A DNA stretch of 63,987 bases, the filler included. It is 7 parts of 7 records of this genome, joined end to end, with 100 filler letters (N's around TTAATTAATTAA, not from the genome) between each part and the next. Parts side by side here need not be neighbours in the genome. Positions count along the whole stretch, not along the records: positions 57,451 to 63,987 come from SRR31147125_87662; 6 more parts are not named here. One strand, 5' to 3'. The notes beneath the pieces were generated by a model, which did no database searches, was not told the origin of the DNA, and saw only the letters and a program-made list of their open reading frames with translations. The stretch's first letter is position 1; every line of letters starts with the position of its first letter. The translations under genes and the position numbers were made by a program. Positions 62,549 to 63,987 of this stretch are shown here, one piece after another.

Positions 62549-62866
62549 ATGGAAAAATATTCTAAACTCGTGCCCGGAGGTCTGATTATCATTTCGATAC
62601 TGTTTTTAGCAGGCTGTTCCAGTTCGGGTGGCCGCTCCAGTTATACCTATTACCAGGGTTATTATGACCCCTACCCTTATTGGGGAAGAAGGACCGTTTA
62701 TGTTGACCGTGATCATGATCACGACAAGCCAAAGCCTCCGGGTGTCAGACCCCCGGGTACCAAGCCTCCCAAACCACCGAACATGGGCCGCCCCCCACAT
62801 CGCCCGCCCAAGCCGAGGCCTACTCCCAGACCCCGACCACGGCCAAGACCAAGGCCTCGCAGGTAA
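62549..62866 (+). CDS. Small lipoprotein with Tyr-rich core and Pro/Arg-rich tail
   Basis: AGGAG RBS, FLAGC lipobox, YYQGYYDPYPYWG, ..PRPTPRPRPRPRPRR. Confidence 0.8.
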   Translation: MEKYSKLVPGGLIIISILFLAGCSSSGGRSSYTYYQGYYDPYPYWGRRTVYVDRDHDHDKPKPPGVRPPGTKPPKPPNMGRPPHRPPKPRPTPRPRPRPRPRPRR

Positions 62867-63211
62867 CTAAATATCCCGGAAAATATATTGAATAGGGTAT
62901 GGGATCCGGTGTCGTAAGAATCTCCCGAGCTTCGGGACCGCATACCCCATTCATGAGCAATAAAGTGCTCAGCCCAAGCGTATCACAACCAGAAGACCGA
63001 ACCGGCGGACTCCAATCCAGGGGAAAAACAATTCAGGAACTTAAAGAATTATTCTCTGGCCGGGTATTGCCTGGGAGAGAGCGCTTGGATATTATGGAGA
63101 AACACTATTTTTTAAAGGAACTATTGAAATTGAAATCATCTGAGCTTTTAGCTGGCACTGATTTGTAAAAGTTCTCAAAAAATCGCTTAATAAGCGATTT
63201 GCTGCGAAATC

Positions 63212-63987
63212 ATGCCAAAAAAACCATTCGCACTGAAATACGACAGTTTGTTTCGCGATATCAAAACCAGCAAGCGGCGAAGACAAGGTGGCAGACACCC
63301 CTGGTCGGGTTTGCTTCTGCTGTCGATCCCATCTTTCACGTATTTAAAAAAGTTGTCAGACCTACCCATTTTCTGCCCCGGGATCTGCTGCCCGACGCCA
63401 GGACAGTAGTCGCCTTCTTTCTTCCTTTCGAAAAATCCGTCGTCAGCAGCAATATTGCAGGCCGGTTGGCCTCCCGGGAGTGGGCACAGGCATACGTGGA
63501 TACCAATGCACTCATTCAAAAGGTGGGACAACATATGGAGAAATTTATCGAAAAATCCGGCCACGCCGTGTTCGTTACGCCCCTTACTCATAACTTCGAC
63601 CCGAAAATCCTCCTGAGCGACTGGTCCCACCGGCACATCGCCTTTGCCGCTGGCTTGGGCCGATTCGGCCTGAACAACATGCTTATAACCGAAAAGGGGT
63701 GTTGCGGCAGGATGGGGAGTTTTATCACGACCTTAACCATTGCACCGGACAGCCGTACCGAAAGGGAAGCCTGCCTGTTCAAATACAATGGCAGCTGTGA
63801 AAAATGCGTTACCCGGTGCGTCAACGACGCACTGTTCACCGGCGATTTCAATCGTCATAAATGTTACGGAATGCTTTTGAAAAATGAGCAGAAACATAAA
63901 GCCCTCGGAACGGCCGATGTGTGCGGAAAGTGTCTTGTTGCCATTCCGTGCGCAACCATGGATCCGGTGAAAGGGTTGATGACGCTT
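63212..63987 (+). CDS. Epoxyqueuosine-reductase (QueG)-like Fe-S protein; A7 deletion near 63217-63223; open at the window end
   Basis: Missing from the ORF track. Frame reads PLVGFASA.DP..H.LP.DLLP.ARTVV..WA.AY..WSHRHIAFAAGLGRFG..CEKCVTRC..DVCGKC..PC. Confidence 0.85.

Noticed and set aside
62899-63168. 89-aa ORF as a real gene
   Set aside because: No recognisable motif or clear RBS; cannot support or exclude it
11427-63223. Programmed frameshifting, phase variation or mass pseudogenisation
   Set aside because: The same error type occurs in unrelated genomes and housekeeping-type genes, with no accompanying nonsense decay
1-63987. CRISPR arrays, tRNAs, prophage, integrase or transposase genes; long antisense ORFs
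   Set aside because: None recognised by eye; the antisense ORFs shadow well-supported genes

Overview
This window is not one locus. It is seven unrelated contigs joined by artificial 100-bp spacers (N44-TTAATTAATTAA-N44), so gene neighbourhoods only mean something inside a segment. Taxonomic labels below are inferred from gene content and composition. A (1-13747, Desulfobacterota-like): SNF2 ATPase plus a large Zn-finger/helicase-associated partner, glcD-glcF-lhgO, M48 TPR protease, split-barrel protein plus UbiD, and a site-2-protease homologue lacking its Zn ligands. B (13848-22476, Desulfobacterota-like): chrB fragment, psp relic, DUF2284, Fur-family regulator, OprC-like TonB receptor with altered metal ligands, NiCoT/RcnA plus DUF1007, and a divergent BamB-type tungsten aryl-CoA reductase behind a ModE-like box. 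C (22577-30168, Bacteroidota-like): three sulfatases and a GH2. D (30269-39718): MFS, an FlhG/MinD-cNMP-DUF4388 fusion, HDOD-GAF, class I adenylate cyclase and a pseudo-receiver-TPR protein, probably ending at a 5S rRNA end. E (39819-47791, low GC, FCB/KSB1-like): trpFBA, spoVG, a MITE, thioredoxin, a secreted beta-helix protein and a VOC protein. F (47892-57350): heme-c sensor kinase/sigma54 regulator, TRAP transporter, LolA-like/ABC export cluster. G (57451-63987): exported proteins, TenA, EAL, VOC lipoprotein, Pro/Arg-rich lipoprotein and a QueG-like Fe-S protein. About a dozen genes are broken by short indels, nearly all deletions in homopolymers, most likely sequencing errors. Best candidates for undescribed biology: the cAMP/FlhG signalling cluster (D), the Met-less OprC-like metal uptake locus and the active-site-variant BamB (B), and the SNF2 pair and pseudoprotease (A).
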